NCBI GenBank assembly: GCA_016201065.1
Contig: JACQDL010000001.1
Location: 36,708-100,707 of the forward strand
Length of the DNA stretch: 64,000 nt
Source: Actinomycetota bacterium
GTDB taxonomy: Bacteria > Actinomycetota > Actinomycetes > Mycobacteriales > JACQDL01
Direction: 5' to 3'
The notes below the pieces were generated by a model. It worked only from the letters and a program-made list of their open reading frames with translations, was not told where the DNA came from and did no database searches. Of this stretch, positions 51,592-60,969 are shown piece by piece (the stretch's first letter is position 1; each line of letters starts with the position of its first letter). Both the position numbers and the translations under genes were made by a program.

Positions 51592-52359
51592 TCAGCCAAC
51601 CTGGCTCGCCGGCGAACGCTCGGCGGTCGCCGCGGCGTGCACCCCGGCCCGCTCGGTGGCCTCCTCCAGCGAGCGGCCCCGCGCCAGCGCGGTCTTCACC
51701 TTCGCGGCGTAGACGTCGACGTACTCCTGGCCCGACAGCGACATCAGCTCATACATGATCTCGTCGGTGACCGAACGCTCGACGAACCGGTCGCCCGCCA
51801 TTCCCTCGTACCGCGAGAAGTCCAGCGGCCGGCCGAACCGGATCGTGATGCGGCCACCGAACTTCGGCAGGAGCTTCCCGGGCGGCTGCACCGTGTCGCT
51901 CCCGATCATGGCCACCGGGATCACCGGGGCACCCGACTCCAGCGCCATCCGCGCCACGCCGGTCTTCCCCCGGTAGAGCCGGCCGTCCGGTGACCGGGTG
52001 CCTTCCGGGTAGATGCCGAGCAGCTTGCCCTGCTGGAGCACCCGCTTTCCGGTCTCCAGCGCGTCCCTGGCCGCCGACCCGCTGGTCCGGTCGATCGCGA
52101 CCTGGCCGGCCGAGCTGAAGAACCACCGGCTGAGGACACCCTTCGGGCCGGTCCCGGTGAAGTACTCGGCCTTGGCGAGGAAGGTCATCCGGCGGTGGAC
52201 CCGCAATGGGGTGAAGAAGCTGTCCGAGAACGAGAGGTGATTTCCGGCCAGGATGGCCGCCCCGGATCTCGGGATGTGCTCCTCGCCCTCGACCGTGATC
52301 CGGAACAGGAGTCGCAGCCACGGCCCGATCAGGAGGTGCTTGAAGATCCAGTACCACAT
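51592..52359 (-). CDS. plsC: 1-acyl-sn-glycerol-3-phosphate acyltransferase
   Basis: NHLSFSD (HX4D), FLAKAEYF, YPEGTRS. Confidence 0.92.
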   Translation of the reverse strand: MWYWIFKHLLIGPWLRLLFRITVEGEEHIPRSGAAILAGNHLSFSDSFFTPLRVHRRMTFLAKAEYFTGTGPKGVLSRWFFSSAGQVAIDRTSGSAARDALETGKRVLQQGKLLGIYPEGTRSPDGRLYRGKTGVARMALESGAPVIPVAMIGSDTVQPPGKLLPKFGGRITIRFGRPLDFSRYEGMAGDRFVERSVTDEIMYELMSLSGQEYVDVYAAKVKTALARGRSLEEATERAGVHAAATAERSPASQVG

Positions 52360-52558
52360 GCCGTCCTGCCTCCCTCACCACCTGATCACGAAGACTACGG
52401 ACCGACACCTCCGCGACACAACGACCCCACGACGCGACCACCTCGACGTGGACCGACGGTCCGCCCATCCGGAAGGCGCGGGCCACCCGACGAAGAAGCA
52501 GATAACGCCTCGGCGGTGGGGCTCGTCGGGTGGGCCTCTGGCGTGCAACGATGCAGCG

Positions 52559-53377
52559 GTGTCGATTCTGGCCGGGGCTGAACCATTCCACACCGATGGT
52601 GGCGAAGTCGGTGCCGTGCTGTGCCATGGGTTCACCGGTAGCCCGAACAGTATGCGCCCGTGGGCGCGCTACCTGGCGGATCGGGGGTACTCCGTACGGC
52701 TCCCCCGGCTGCCCGGTCACGGCACCCGCTGGCAGGACGCGAACCTGACCCGGTGGCCGGACTGGTACGGGGAGGTCGAACGGGCCTTCGACGAACTCGC
52801 CGGACGGTGCCGGACGGTGTTCGTCTGCGGGTTGTCCATGGGCGGCACCCTGGCCCTGCGGCTCGCCGAGACGCGCGGCGACGCGGTCGCCGGTATGGTA
52901 CTGGTCAATCCGTCGGTAACGTCCGAGCGGTTCGCCGCGAAGTACCTGCTGCCTCTGCTGGGGCGGGTGCTCCCAGCGTGGACCTCGATCGGCAATGACA
53001 TCAAGCAGCCGGGGGTCGATGAGGTGGCCTACGGGAAGGTCCCGCTCAAGGCGGCGCTGTCGCTGCGTGAGCTGTGGACGGTCACCCGGGCCGACCTGCC
53101 CAGGATCGGCCAACCGCTGCTGCTGTTCCGCAGCCGCGTCGACCACGTGGTGGAACCGGTCAACGCGAGCATCGTGCGGGCCGAGGTGGCCAGCACCGAT
53201 GTCACCGAGCGCGTGCTGGAGAACAGCTACCACGTCGCGACCCTGGACAACGACGCGCCGGAGATCTTCCTCGGCAGCGTGGAGTGGATGCGCGGGCACA
53301 GTCCCGCGCGGTCCGACCCGGACAATGCCTCCGGGCCAGCGAACCTGACCCCATCCGACCCGGCGACGAAGGGGTGA
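52559..53377 (+). CDS. Alpha/beta hydrolase (carboxylesterase/monoacylglycerol lipase type)
   Basis: CHGFTGSP, PRLPGHGT, GLSMGG nucleophile elbow, DHVV, SYHVATLD. Confidence 0.92.
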   Translation: MSILAGAEPFHTDGGEVGAVLCHGFTGSPNSMRPWARYLADRGYSVRLPRLPGHGTRWQDANLTRWPDWYGEVERAFDELAGRCRTVFVCGLSMGGTLALRLAETRGDAVAGMVLVNPSVTSERFAAKYLLPLLGRVLPAWTSIGNDIKQPGVDEVAYGKVPLKAALSLRELWTVTRADLPRIGQPLLLFRSRVDHVVEPVNASIVRAEVASTDVTERVLENSYHVATLDNDAPEIFLGSVEWMRGHSPARSDPDNASGPANLTPSDPATKG

Positions 53378-54495
53378 CGATGCAGAGCGAACCGTACGGC
53401 GAGCAGTCCGGATCCCCGCGTCGAGGACGGCGTGACAACGGGCTTGACGCCGAACGGTTCATCCCGCTGCTGGACGTCGATCCCCGGATCGGCGAGCACC
53501 TGCTCGACGTGCTCAGACTTGCCGGCATCCCGGCCTACCTCGAGCCGGCGATGGACATCGAGCCGTACACCCGGGCCGTGTCGCTGCCGAGCCCACCCAC
53601 GGATCGGCTCTGGGTCGACCGGGAACGCCGGCACACCGCGCACGAGATCGTGTCCGCGGAGGCGACGGCCGGGCTACGGCCGACCCCGCATGAGGACACC
53701 GCGTCGCGTGGCCTCGCCGACCCTGCGGAGGAATGGGCCTGGCGAGAGATCGTCGCGCGGTACGACCGCGACTCGACGGCGATGGCGGTGCCGCCCTGGC
53801 CGGTGGCCGAGGACATCGACGGGCCATCCGGGCGCCGGCCGGGCACCCGTCCCGCGGACCCCGATCCGGCTGCCGGTCCGGCCGCCGGTCCGGCCGAGGC
53901 GACCCCCGTCGACCCTGGCGCCGACCGCGCCGCCGACACCGTCCACCCTCCGGGGACCGGAGGCACGGCCGGGGGCGAGGACGCCCTCAGCGCCGATCCG
54001 CCGTCCGGGACCGGCCAGCATCCCGGGACCGGCCAGCATCCCGGGACCGGCCGGGACAGCGCGCAAACCGACGCCGGTCCCACCGAACACCAACGGACAG
54101 CACCCGCCGGCGACCGGCCAGCCATCGACTGGCGCCCGGCGACCGACCGACCCGACCGACCCTCCCGGCGCGGCGGAACGCGGCGGGCCAGCAACCGGCC
54201 GGCCCGGAGCCGCGGCCGGCATGCGGCCGGGCCGGGCCGGCCGAGCAGCTCCGACGAGGAGCACTTCGTACCACCCGTCCCGCCGCCGGTGCCGCGGCCG
54301 TCCAGACCGGCCGCGATGGCGATCTTCCTCATCGCGCTGGGAACGCTGCTCGTGCTGTGGCCCAACCTGCTCGGGTTCGGGTTGGAGAGTGGCCTCGCCC
54401 TCGGCGTGCTGGCCCTGCTCAGTGCCGGCGGCCTGCTGGTGCTCCGGCTGCGCGAGGACCGGTTCGACGATCCCGACGACGGCGCCGTCCTCTAG
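53374..54495 (+). CDS. Membrane-anchored protein, SCO2124-like (DUF308-type C-terminus), long low-complexity linker
   Basis: GRRDNGLDA..F.PL.DVDPRIGEHLLDVL; C-terminal EEHFVPP.PPP, two TM segments, DDPDDGAVL. Confidence 0.7.
   Translation: MTMQSEPYGEQSGSPRRGRRDNGLDAERFIPLLDVDPRIGEHLLDVLRLAGIPAYLEPAMDIEPYTRAVSLPSPPTDRLWVDRERRHTAHEIVSAEATAGLRPTPHEDTASRGLADPAEEWAWREIVARYDRDSTAMAVPPWPVAEDIDGPSGRRPGTRPADPDPAAGPAAGPAEATPVDPGADRAADTVHPPGTGGTAGGEDALSADPPSGTGQHPGTGQHPGTGRDSAQTDAGPTEHQRTAPAGDRPAIDWRPATDRPDRPSRRGGTRRASNRPARSRGRHAAGPGRPSSSDEEHFVPPVPPPVPRPSRPAAMAIFLIALGTLLVLWPNLLGFGLESGLALGVLALLSAGGLLVLRLREDRFDDPDDGAVL
54478..54495 (+). repeat. Direct repeat, left copy GACGGCGCCGTCCTCTAG (3' end of the host gene incl. 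TAG)
   Basis: Matches 55204-55220 with a 1-nt indel; 11-bp exact core CCGTCCTCTAG. Confidence 0.8.
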
Positions 54496-54564
54496 CGAGG
54501 ATCACCGCCTGCACCGTCAGGGTATGGTCAGCGAACTCACACTCCTCCCCCCACAGGTCGGTCG

Positions 54565-55104
54565 TCAACCGCAGGTACCCCTCCAGGATGCGGTCGATGC
54601 CTGATCTTGCCATCCGTCCAGGGAGACGCGAGCGCCGTGCGACAGGTAGCCGGTCAGGGCGCTTCGGGTGGTGGGGACAAAATTCTCCGGGATGGCGGTG
54701 GTGTCGATCCAGCTGACCTGGGCGTGCTTGGTGGGTTCGGCGTTGAGGAGTTCCCCGGTCCAGGTGTGGGCGGCGAAGACGACGGTGAGAAATCCGTTGG
54801 GTGCTTCGACGCCACGGGCTCCGTGGATGACGTGGGCGAGCTCAAGGGTGTGGGCGTCGACCGTGAGGCCGGTTTCCTCACGCAGTTCCCGCACGGCTGT
54901 GTCCGTGACCGGTTCTGCGGGCTGGTTCTTGCCTACCGGCAGGTCCCACATGCCCTGGGCGAACTTGGCGTTGGGGCCGCGTTGCAGCAGCACGACGCGG
55001 TTGGTGTCGAGGTCATGGACGATCACGGCGGCGACGAGCAGGGTCATGGCGTCCAGTGCCGGCGGCAAAGGGCGGGGCTCGTCGGCGGTGAGCGGCTGGG
55101 CCAC
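54565..55104 (-). CDS. NUDIX hydrolase inside a repeat-flanked insert
   Basis: WDLPVGK...EPVTDTAVRELREETGL (Nudix box). Confidence 0.88.
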   Translation of the reverse strand: MAQPLTADEPRPLPPALDAMTLLVAAVIVHDLDTNRVVLLQRGPNAKFAQGMWDLPVGKNQPAEPVTDTAVRELREETGLTVDAHTLELAHVIHGARGVEAPNGFLTVVFAAHTWTGELLNAEPTKHAQVSWIDTTAIPENFVPTTRSALTGYLSHGARVSLDGWQDQASTASWRGTCG

Positions 55105-55137
55105 CGTGATGCCCTCCTGGACTCGATTGCGGGTGGG

Positions 55138-55209
55138 TCATGCGAGTGCGTCCTGGGCGCGCCGGTCGAGATCGGCGGCACCGGGGACACCTCGCCTACG
55201 GTAGACGGC
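55138..55209 (-). pseudogene. C-terminal fragment, probably of an XRE/TPR regulator
   Basis: YRRRGVPGAADLDRRAQDALA*, truncated at the direct repeat; family assignment by resemblance only. Confidence 0.45.
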
Positions 55210-55220
55210 CCGTCCTCTAG
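55204..55220 (+). repeat. Direct repeat, right copy GACGGCCCGTCCTCTAG
   Basis: Partner of 54478-54495. Confidence 0.8.
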
Positions 55221-55290
55221 GCTCGGAGCAACACCAGCGGCGGCCGTCCGCTTCGCCTGGGCACACCGCTGTGACCGGCCGGAGGTTCCT

Positions 55291-56520
55291 GTGCAGCACA
55301 CCGAGATCGTCGAGATCCGCGGACACATCATGGACACCGGGGTGCTCGCCCGGGTGCTCGACGACGTCCTCGAGTACGACGGCAACTACACGATCGTCCA
55401 GCTCGATCTCGGCCGGCACCACCACGATGAGTCCTACGCCCGGATCGAGATCGGTGCGGAGGACTCCACGGTGCTGCAACGCATCGTGATGCGGTTACAG
55501 ATCCACGGGGTCAACCTGGTGGACCCTGGCATCGCGACGGTGCGGCCGGCCGAGCGGGACGGCGTCTTCCCCGACGACTTCTACTCCACCACCAACCTGG
55601 ACACCCGGGTGCGCGTCGACGGGCGGTGGCTCACCGTCCAGCAGCCGGAGATGGACTGCGGGCTGCTGGTCCGGGATGGCACGGTCCGCACCATCCCGGT
55701 GTCGGATGTCCGGGCCGGCGACCCGATCGTGTGCGGCGCGTCCGGGGTCCGGGTGGTGCTGTCGGAGCCCACCGAAGAGGCCGGCGGCTTCGGCTTCATG
55801 TCCTCGGAGGTGTCCAGCGAGAAGCCGCAGGCCCTCCAGGTCCACCTGATCGCCGAGCAGATGCGCCAGGTCCGCCAGGCGGGGCGGCGGATACTGTGGG
55901 TCGGCGGTCCGGCGATCGTGCACACCGGTGCCGCGCCGGCGATGACCGCGCTGGTCCGGGCTGGGTACGTCGATGTGCTCTTCGCCGGCAACGCGCTGGC
56001 CACCCACGACATCGAGTCGGCGCTGTTCGGGACCTCGCTGGGGATGGACCTGGCGGGCGGGCGTGGGGTGCCGCACGGCCACGAGCACCACATCCGGGCG
56101 ATCAACACGATCCGGCGGTGCGGCTCGATCGCGGTCGCGGTCAAGGACGGCGTGCTCACCGGCGGGATCATGCACGCCCTGGTCGAGACCGGCAAGGACT
56201 TCGTGCTCGTCGGGTCGGTCCGCGACGACGGACCGCTACCCGACGTGTACACCGACGTCATCGAGGGGCAGCGGGCCATGCGGGCCCAGCTCGGCGGCGT
56301 GGGCTTCTGCATCGTCGTGGCCACCATGCTGCACGGGATCGCCACCGGGAACATCCTGCCGGCCGCGATCCCGCTGGTCTGCGTGGACATCAACCCGGCG
56401 ACGGTCACCAAGCTGGCGGACCGTGGCTCGGCGCACGCGACCGGGATCGTCACCGACATCGGCCTGTTCTTCGAACAGCTCGCCCGCGAGCTGGTGCCGT
56501 CCTACGGGCACGCCGGATAG
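55291..56520 (+). CDS. TIGR00300-family protein (LOR/SDH N-domain; putative ornithine cyclodeaminase)
   Basis: GGAGG SD; GHIMDTG, DGVFPDDFYSTTN, EMDC, FGFMSSEVSSEK, GNALATHDIE, GSVRDDGPLPD, VDINP.TVTKLADRGS. Confidence 0.85.
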   Translation: MQHTEIVEIRGHIMDTGVLARVLDDVLEYDGNYTIVQLDLGRHHHDESYARIEIGAEDSTVLQRIVMRLQIHGVNLVDPGIATVRPAERDGVFPDDFYSTTNLDTRVRVDGRWLTVQQPEMDCGLLVRDGTVRTIPVSDVRAGDPIVCGASGVRVVLSEPTEEAGGFGFMSSEVSSEKPQALQVHLIAEQMRQVRQAGRRILWVGGPAIVHTGAAPAMTALVRAGYVDVLFAGNALATHDIESALFGTSLGMDLAGGRGVPHGHEHHIRAINTIRRCGSIAVAVKDGVLTGGIMHALVETGKDFVLVGSVRDDGPLPDVYTDVIEGQRAMRAQLGGVGFCIVVATMLHGIATGNILPAAIPLVCVDINPATVTKLADRGSAHATGIVTDIGLFFEQLARELVPSYGHAG

Positions 56521-56557
56521 CCCACGGACCACCAACCCCCGTCGGCGGCCGGACACC

Positions 56558-57514
56558 TCACGGCGGTAGCGGCTGCCGGCGGCGGGCCAGGTCGGCCGCA
56601 CCCACCAGCCCGGCGTTCGGGCCGAGCTGGGCCAGCACGATCCGCGCCGCCGGCCGGAACCCGCGGCCGGTGAGGTTCTGGGTGAACTCCTCCGTCGCCG
56701 GACCGAGCAGCAGATCACCAGCGGTGACCACACCGCCACCGATCACCACGACGTTCGGGTCGAGCACGGCCGCCAGGTTGGCGATGCCGCGCCCCAGCCA
56801 TCGCCCCATCTCGGTGAAGATCTCCACCGCGGCCGGGTCACCCTCCCGGGCGGCGGCGGTCACGTGCTCCCCGCTGATCTGCACCGGAAGTCCCCCGGCC
56901 AGCTCAAGGATCCGGTACGCCGCCAGCGGGGACACCTCGGCGAGCTCGCGGGCGTCCCGGGCGAGCGCCCGACCGGAGGCGTACATCTCCCAGCAGCCGC
57001 GGTTGCCGCAGGCGCACCGTCGGCCGGCCGGCACGACACACATGTGCCCGTACTCCGCGGCCACCCCGTGCGCCCCGCGGAACAGGACACCCGACACGAC
57101 CAGGCCACCGCCGATCCCGGTGCCGAGGGTGACGCAGCAGACCACCCGCTCGTCGCGGGCCGCGCCGTACCGGTACTCCGCCCACGCCGCGGCGTTGGCG
57201 TCGTTCTCCACCACGACGGGCAACCCGATCCGGCCGGCGAGCGCGTCCCGCAGCGGCTCGTTGCGCCACGCCAGATGCGGCGAGAACAGCACGGTTGCGT
57301 GGTCCGTGCCGATCCATCCCGCCGCACCGACACCGACCGCGACCGTGTCGTACCGGCCGGCCAACTCCGTCACCACCTCGCAGATGGTGTCCTCGGTGCG
57401 CGCCACGTCATGCCCCGGCGTCAGCCGGCGGATCTCCTCCAGCACCGCACCGGACTCGTCGACCACCCCGGCAAGAACCTTGGTGCCGCCGATGTCCACG
57501 CCGATGGCGAGCAC
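56558..57514 (-). CDS. glk: ROK-family glucokinase
   Basis: IGVDIGGTK, ENDANAAAWAE, TLGTGIGGG, EYGH, C.CGNRGCWE.YASG. Confidence 0.93.
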   Translation of the reverse strand: MLAIGVDIGGTKVLAGVVDESGAVLEEIRRLTPGHDVARTEDTICEVVTELAGRYDTVAVGVGAAGWIGTDHATVLFSPHLAWRNEPLRDALAGRIGLPVVVENDANAAAWAEYRYGAARDERVVCCVTLGTGIGGGLVVSGVLFRGAHGVAAEYGHMCVVPAGRRCACGNRGCWEMYASGRALARDARELAEVSPLAAYRILELAGGLPVQISGEHVTAAAREGDPAAVEIFTEMGRWLGRGIANLAAVLDPNVVVIGGGVVTAGDLLLGPATEEFTQNLTGRGFRPAARIVLAQLGPNAGLVGAADLARRRQPLPP

Positions 57515-57566
57515 GGCGCGCCTCCTTCCGCTACCGCCGCCGACCCGCCGCCGGCGCGCCACCCGG

Positions 57567-57908
57567 CTACTCCAGATCGATGCGCTGCACGCCGGGTCGG
57601 CCCGGCTCGGGAGTAGCCGCCGGCGCCGGTGCCGGCTCCAGGACCGCCCGCAACGCCTCCCACAGCGCCGTGCCCACCTCGGCGATCCTGCCGGCGATCT
57701 CAGGACGGTCGCCCCGCACCACCGCGATCGCCTGGCACAACGGGCAGTACCGGCATTCGTCCGACGCCCCGAACCCGCTGAGCGCATCGGCGGGACCGGG
57801 TCCGCCGGACCGCTGGGCAGCCAGCCACTCCCGGGCCGCCCGGAGCAGGCTGAGCGCCTCGGCGGCAAGATCTGCCGGGCCGGAGCCGTCCCGTGCCGGC
57901 CCCGTCAT
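57567..57908 (-). CDS. SCO2127/Rv2183c-like hypothetical protein
   Basis: ATGA overlap with the ArsA stop; ECRYCPLCQ, VQRIDLE C-terminus; sits between ArsA and glk as in Streptomyces. Confidence 0.75.
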   Translation of the reverse strand: MTGPARDGSGPADLAAEALSLLRAAREWLAAQRSGGPGPADALSGFGASDECRYCPLCQAIAVVRGDRPEIAGRIAEVGTALWEALRAVLEPAPAPAATPEPGRPGVQRIDLE

Positions 57909-59086
57909 CGGGCCGGCCACCGCACCGGGTCGGGGCGGAACCGGACCGCCAGCCACCCGTCCGAGAGCCGCGCGCCGGTCGCCTCGCAGCGGCGCAGCAC
58001 GCTCGGCAGGGTCACCATGCGGCGCCGCCCGGCCACGGTGACGACCAGGTCGTCGCCGTGCCGCCCCACCTCGACGTCAGCCCGGTCGGCCAGCGGCAGC
58101 CCCAGCTCCAGCACGAACTCCGCGCCGTCCCGCACCACCCGGATGAGGTCGGTGGGCAGCGACACCGCCAGCGGGTCTTCGGTGCCGTAGAGCTCCTCGG
58201 CAAACGCCCCCAGCGCGGCGAACCCGATCGGCTCGGCGGGCCGGTAGCTGGCCCGCCGGAGCGGCAACCCGGCAAAGGACTCGGTGGCCTCGGCGAGCTG
58301 GTCGGCCTGGGCCCGCGCCCACCCGGACCGCCAGGGGTCGGCGCCGTCCGCCGGAATGATCCGGTTGGCCAGCACCGCGTCAACCTGGTAGCCGTAGAGC
58401 GCCAGGGCGGTGAGCGCACGGCGGGACTCGGCGAGTACCACCGACTCCGGGGTGAGCACCAGCCGCACGCTGGTCAGGGTCGGGTCGACGAGCAACCCCT
58501 GGACGTCCGCCAGCTCCCGGTGCAGCGCGCCGATGGCGTCCAGCACGCCGTCGTCGGGCACCGCGGCGGCGCCGACCCGGGACCACCGCAAGCCGCGCAG
58601 CACCCGCCGGTGGGTCGGGAAGATCCGCTCCATGTACCACGACAACGCGTCGGGAAGGGCAAGAAGCCGCAGCGTCTCGGCGGTCGGGGCACAGTCCACG
58701 ATCAGCGCGTCCCACCGGTCGCTGGCGGCCTGGTCGCGCAGCTCCAGCAGGGCGAGGACCTCCTCGGCCCCGGGCAGCACGGACAGCTCCTCGGCGTGTG
58801 GCGGGTCGACCCGGCCCTTGGCGAACAGCTCCGCGAGGTAACGCTGGATCTGCCCCCACTGCTGCTCCAGCCGGCGCTGGGTGTCGACCTGCATCGCATA
58901 CAGACCGGGATCGATCTCGGCCGGCTCGGGACCGAGCGGAACTGCGAGAGCGTCGCCGAGGGAGTGCGCGGGGTCGCTGGAGAGCACCAGCGTCTTGTGC
59001 CCGCGGGCGGCGGCGAGCACGGCGGTCGCCGCGGCGGCGGTGGTCTTGCCGACGCCTCCCTTGCCGGTGAACAGCAACACGCGCAC
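57905..59086 (-). CDS. ArsA/Get3-family ATPase (Rv2184c-like)
   Basis: FTGKGGVGKTT, SSDPAHSL, VDCAPT.ETLRLL, C-terminal HSP20-like domain. Confidence 0.92.
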   Translation of the reverse strand: MRVLLFTGKGGVGKTTAAAATAVLAAARGHKTLVLSSDPAHSLGDALAVPLGPEPAEIDPGLYAMQVDTQRRLEQQWGQIQRYLAELFAKGRVDPPHAEELSVLPGAEEVLALLELRDQAASDRWDALIVDCAPTAETLRLLALPDALSWYMERIFPTHRRVLRGLRWSRVGAAAVPDDGVLDAIGALHRELADVQGLLVDPTLTSVRLVLTPESVVLAESRRALTALALYGYQVDAVLANRIIPADGADPWRSGWARAQADQLAEATESFAGLPLRRASYRPAEPIGFAALGAFAEELYGTEDPLAVSLPTDLIRVVRDGAEFVLELGLPLADRADVEVGRHGDDLVVTVAGRRRMVTLPSVLRRCEATGARLSDGWLAVRFRPDPVRWPAR

Positions 59087-59153
59087 GCCGGCAGCCTAGG
59101 CCATCGACCGGCGGTCGGCGGCCATCGACCAGCGGCAGTGGAGCGGGCCAGGG

Positions 59154-59585
59154 TTACCGCTCGACCCGGCGCTTGAGCTCCTTCAGCGCCGCATCCATGA
59201 TCACCTTCTCGGCCTTCCGCTTGAACAGCCCGAGCATCGGGATCGTCAGCTCGACCGACAACGTGTAGGTCACGGTCGTGGTGTCCCCGTCCGGATCCAG
59301 CCGGTACTCCCCGACCTGCGACCTCTGCATCTGGCCCCGCACCAGCGCCCAGGTGACCCGGTCGGCACCGTGCCACTGGTACTCCAGGACGTAGTCGTCC
59401 TTGACGACCCCGGCGTCGAGAACGAAGCGGACCTGCTGCGGTCGGCCGTCCGGATATCGCTGGATGACCTCGCACTGCTTGACCGCGCCAACCCACTCCG
59501 GGTACTTGGGAAAGTCAGCGATCACCGCCATGATTGCGGCCGGCGGGGCGTGAACGACGATGGACTGCGTCGAGCGGTCGGCCAT
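59154..59585 (-). CDS. SRPBCC/START-domain protein (Rv2185c-like)
   Basis: IADF..YPEW, VRF.LDAGVVKD.Y.L.Y.W, AEKVI.D.ALKELKRRVE. Confidence 0.9.
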   Translation of the reverse strand: MADRSTQSIVVHAPPAAIMAVIADFPKYPEWVGAVKQCEVIQRYPDGRPQQVRFVLDAGVVKDDYVLEYQWHGADRVTWALVRGQMQRSQVGEYRLDPDGDTTTVTYTLSVELTIPMLGLFKRKAEKVIMDAALKELKRRVER

Positions 59586-59627
59586 GGCGGGAAGGCTACC
59601 CGGTGGCCGGGACGATCCGGGAGCCAC

Positions 59628-60392
59628 TCACCACTCCAGCGGGTAGGGGCGGCCGTCGGCCGCGAAATGCCCGACGTTGACGCACTCGGTGCGGCCGATC
59701 CGCATCCTGGCCTGCAACGGCTGGTGCACGTGCCCGTAGAGGACATACCTCGGCCGGTGCGTGGCGATGGTCGCCAGGATCGCCTCGCTGCCCCGCTCGA
59801 AGCGGCGGGCCACCACGTCATAGGTGAGCTCCGGTACGGCCGGTGGGATGTGGGTGCACAGCACGTCGACCGGTCCGAGCTCGGCCAGCTTCGCGGCGTA
59901 CTCCTCCTCCGGGATCTCGTACGGCGTTCGCATCGGGGTGGGCAGCCCGCCCCCGACGAACCCGAACCGCCAGCCGCCAAGATCGACGGCCTGCCCGTCC
60001 AGCACGTGAATCCCGTCCCGGCTGAACTCCGGCCACAGCGCTGGCAGGTCGACGTTGCCGTAGGTGAGGTACGTCGGCGTGGGCAGGGCACCGAACAGGG
60101 CGGCGTACTGGGTACGGACGACCCGCTGGATGTGCGCGCGGGGGTCGGGCAGCGTCGCCCACAGCGACCGGGTGAGCGCCCGCGCCTCGTCGAACCGGCG
60201 CTCGGTCCGCAGCGCGATGTAGCGCCCCACCTGCTCGGGGCCGAACAGCTCGCCGAGGATCCCCCGCCCGTGGTCGGCATAGTCGATGAAGAGCAGCAGG
60301 TCCCCCAGACAGATCAGGGCGTCCGCTCCCGCACCGGCCCGCGCCAGGTCCGCGACGTTGCCATGGACGTCGGAGACGACATGCGCCCGCAC
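59628..60392 (-). CDS. Metallophosphoesterase
   Basis: SDVHGN, LGD, YGNVD, THIPP, GHVH. Confidence 0.9.
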   Translation of the reverse strand: MRAHVVSDVHGNVADLARAGAGADALICLGDLLLFIDYADHGRGILGELFGPEQVGRYIALRTERRFDEARALTRSLWATLPDPRAHIQRVVRTQYAALFGALPTPTYLTYGNVDLPALWPEFSRDGIHVLDGQAVDLGGWRFGFVGGGLPTPMRTPYEIPEEEYAAKLAELGPVDVLCTHIPPAVPELTYDVVARRFERGSEAILATIATHRPRYVLYGHVHQPLQARMRIGRTECVNVGHFAADGRPYPLEW

Positions 60393-60398
60393 CCGCGA

Positions 60399-60842
60399 TC
60401 AGACCCCGTCCGTGTCCGGCGACCGGGGCTCGCCGGCCGGCCGGCCCTCCTCGACCTCGTCCTTCAAAGACCAGAAGATCCGCTTCGTCCGGCGCTGCCA
60501 ACCGTGGATCTCACGGACCGCCCGCCGACTCGGGAACGCCGGGCGGGTGGACTGGCTGGCCCTGAGGAAGTCGGCCCTGAGGAAGTAGTGCACTATCACC
60601 CCGTCCCCGAACGGCTCCAGCCAGACCTCCATACTCCCCGACAGGCTGCTCCCAGACAGGGCCCCGGCCACGTTCCACCGGATGCCTCGCTCCGCCCGGT
60701 CCTCGAAGACCGACAGCCGCAGATCCGGCCACCACCGCCGCCAGCGGTCGACCTCGTGGATGATCGAGGCGAGGGTGCCCGGATCGGCCACGACGAACGT
60801 CTCGTCGACGAGGTCGAGTTGCGGGATGTCGAGTTGCGGCAC
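60399..60842 (-). CDS. Polyketide cyclase/dehydrase-like protein (Rv2186c-like)
   Basis: DETFVVA, WRRWWPDL.L.V.EDR.E.GIRW.V.G.L.GSMEVWLE. Confidence 0.85.
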   Translation of the reverse strand: MPQLDIPQLDLVDETFVVADPGTLASIIHEVDRWRRWWPDLRLSVFEDRAERGIRWNVAGALSGSSLSGSMEVWLEPFGDGVIVHYFLRADFLRASQSTRPAFPSRRAVREIHGWQRRTKRIFWSLKDEVEEGRPAGEPRSPDTDGV

Positions 60843-60969
60843 GCGCCCAACGTAGGGCAACACGGCGAGAGACGGCGCGGCGGAACCGCGTTCGGGATTC
60901 CCCAGGGCGGCCGGGCACGCTACGTTTCTGGCCACCCCCGTTACCGGCGAGGCACGAGGAGATGTCGCG

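Noticed and set aside
54005-54052. 18-bp tandem repeat (CCGGGACCGGCCAGCATC x2.7), and a similar 18-bp repeat near 46556-46600
   Set aside because: In-frame coding slippage repeats in low-complexity protein regions; no unique spacers, so not CRISPR.
54496-54613. Short minus-strand ORF 54419-54613 (MARSGIDRILEGY...) as a real gene
   Set aside because: It overlaps the NUDIX end and runs through the direct repeat into the host gene; more likely a truncated island fragment of unknown family.
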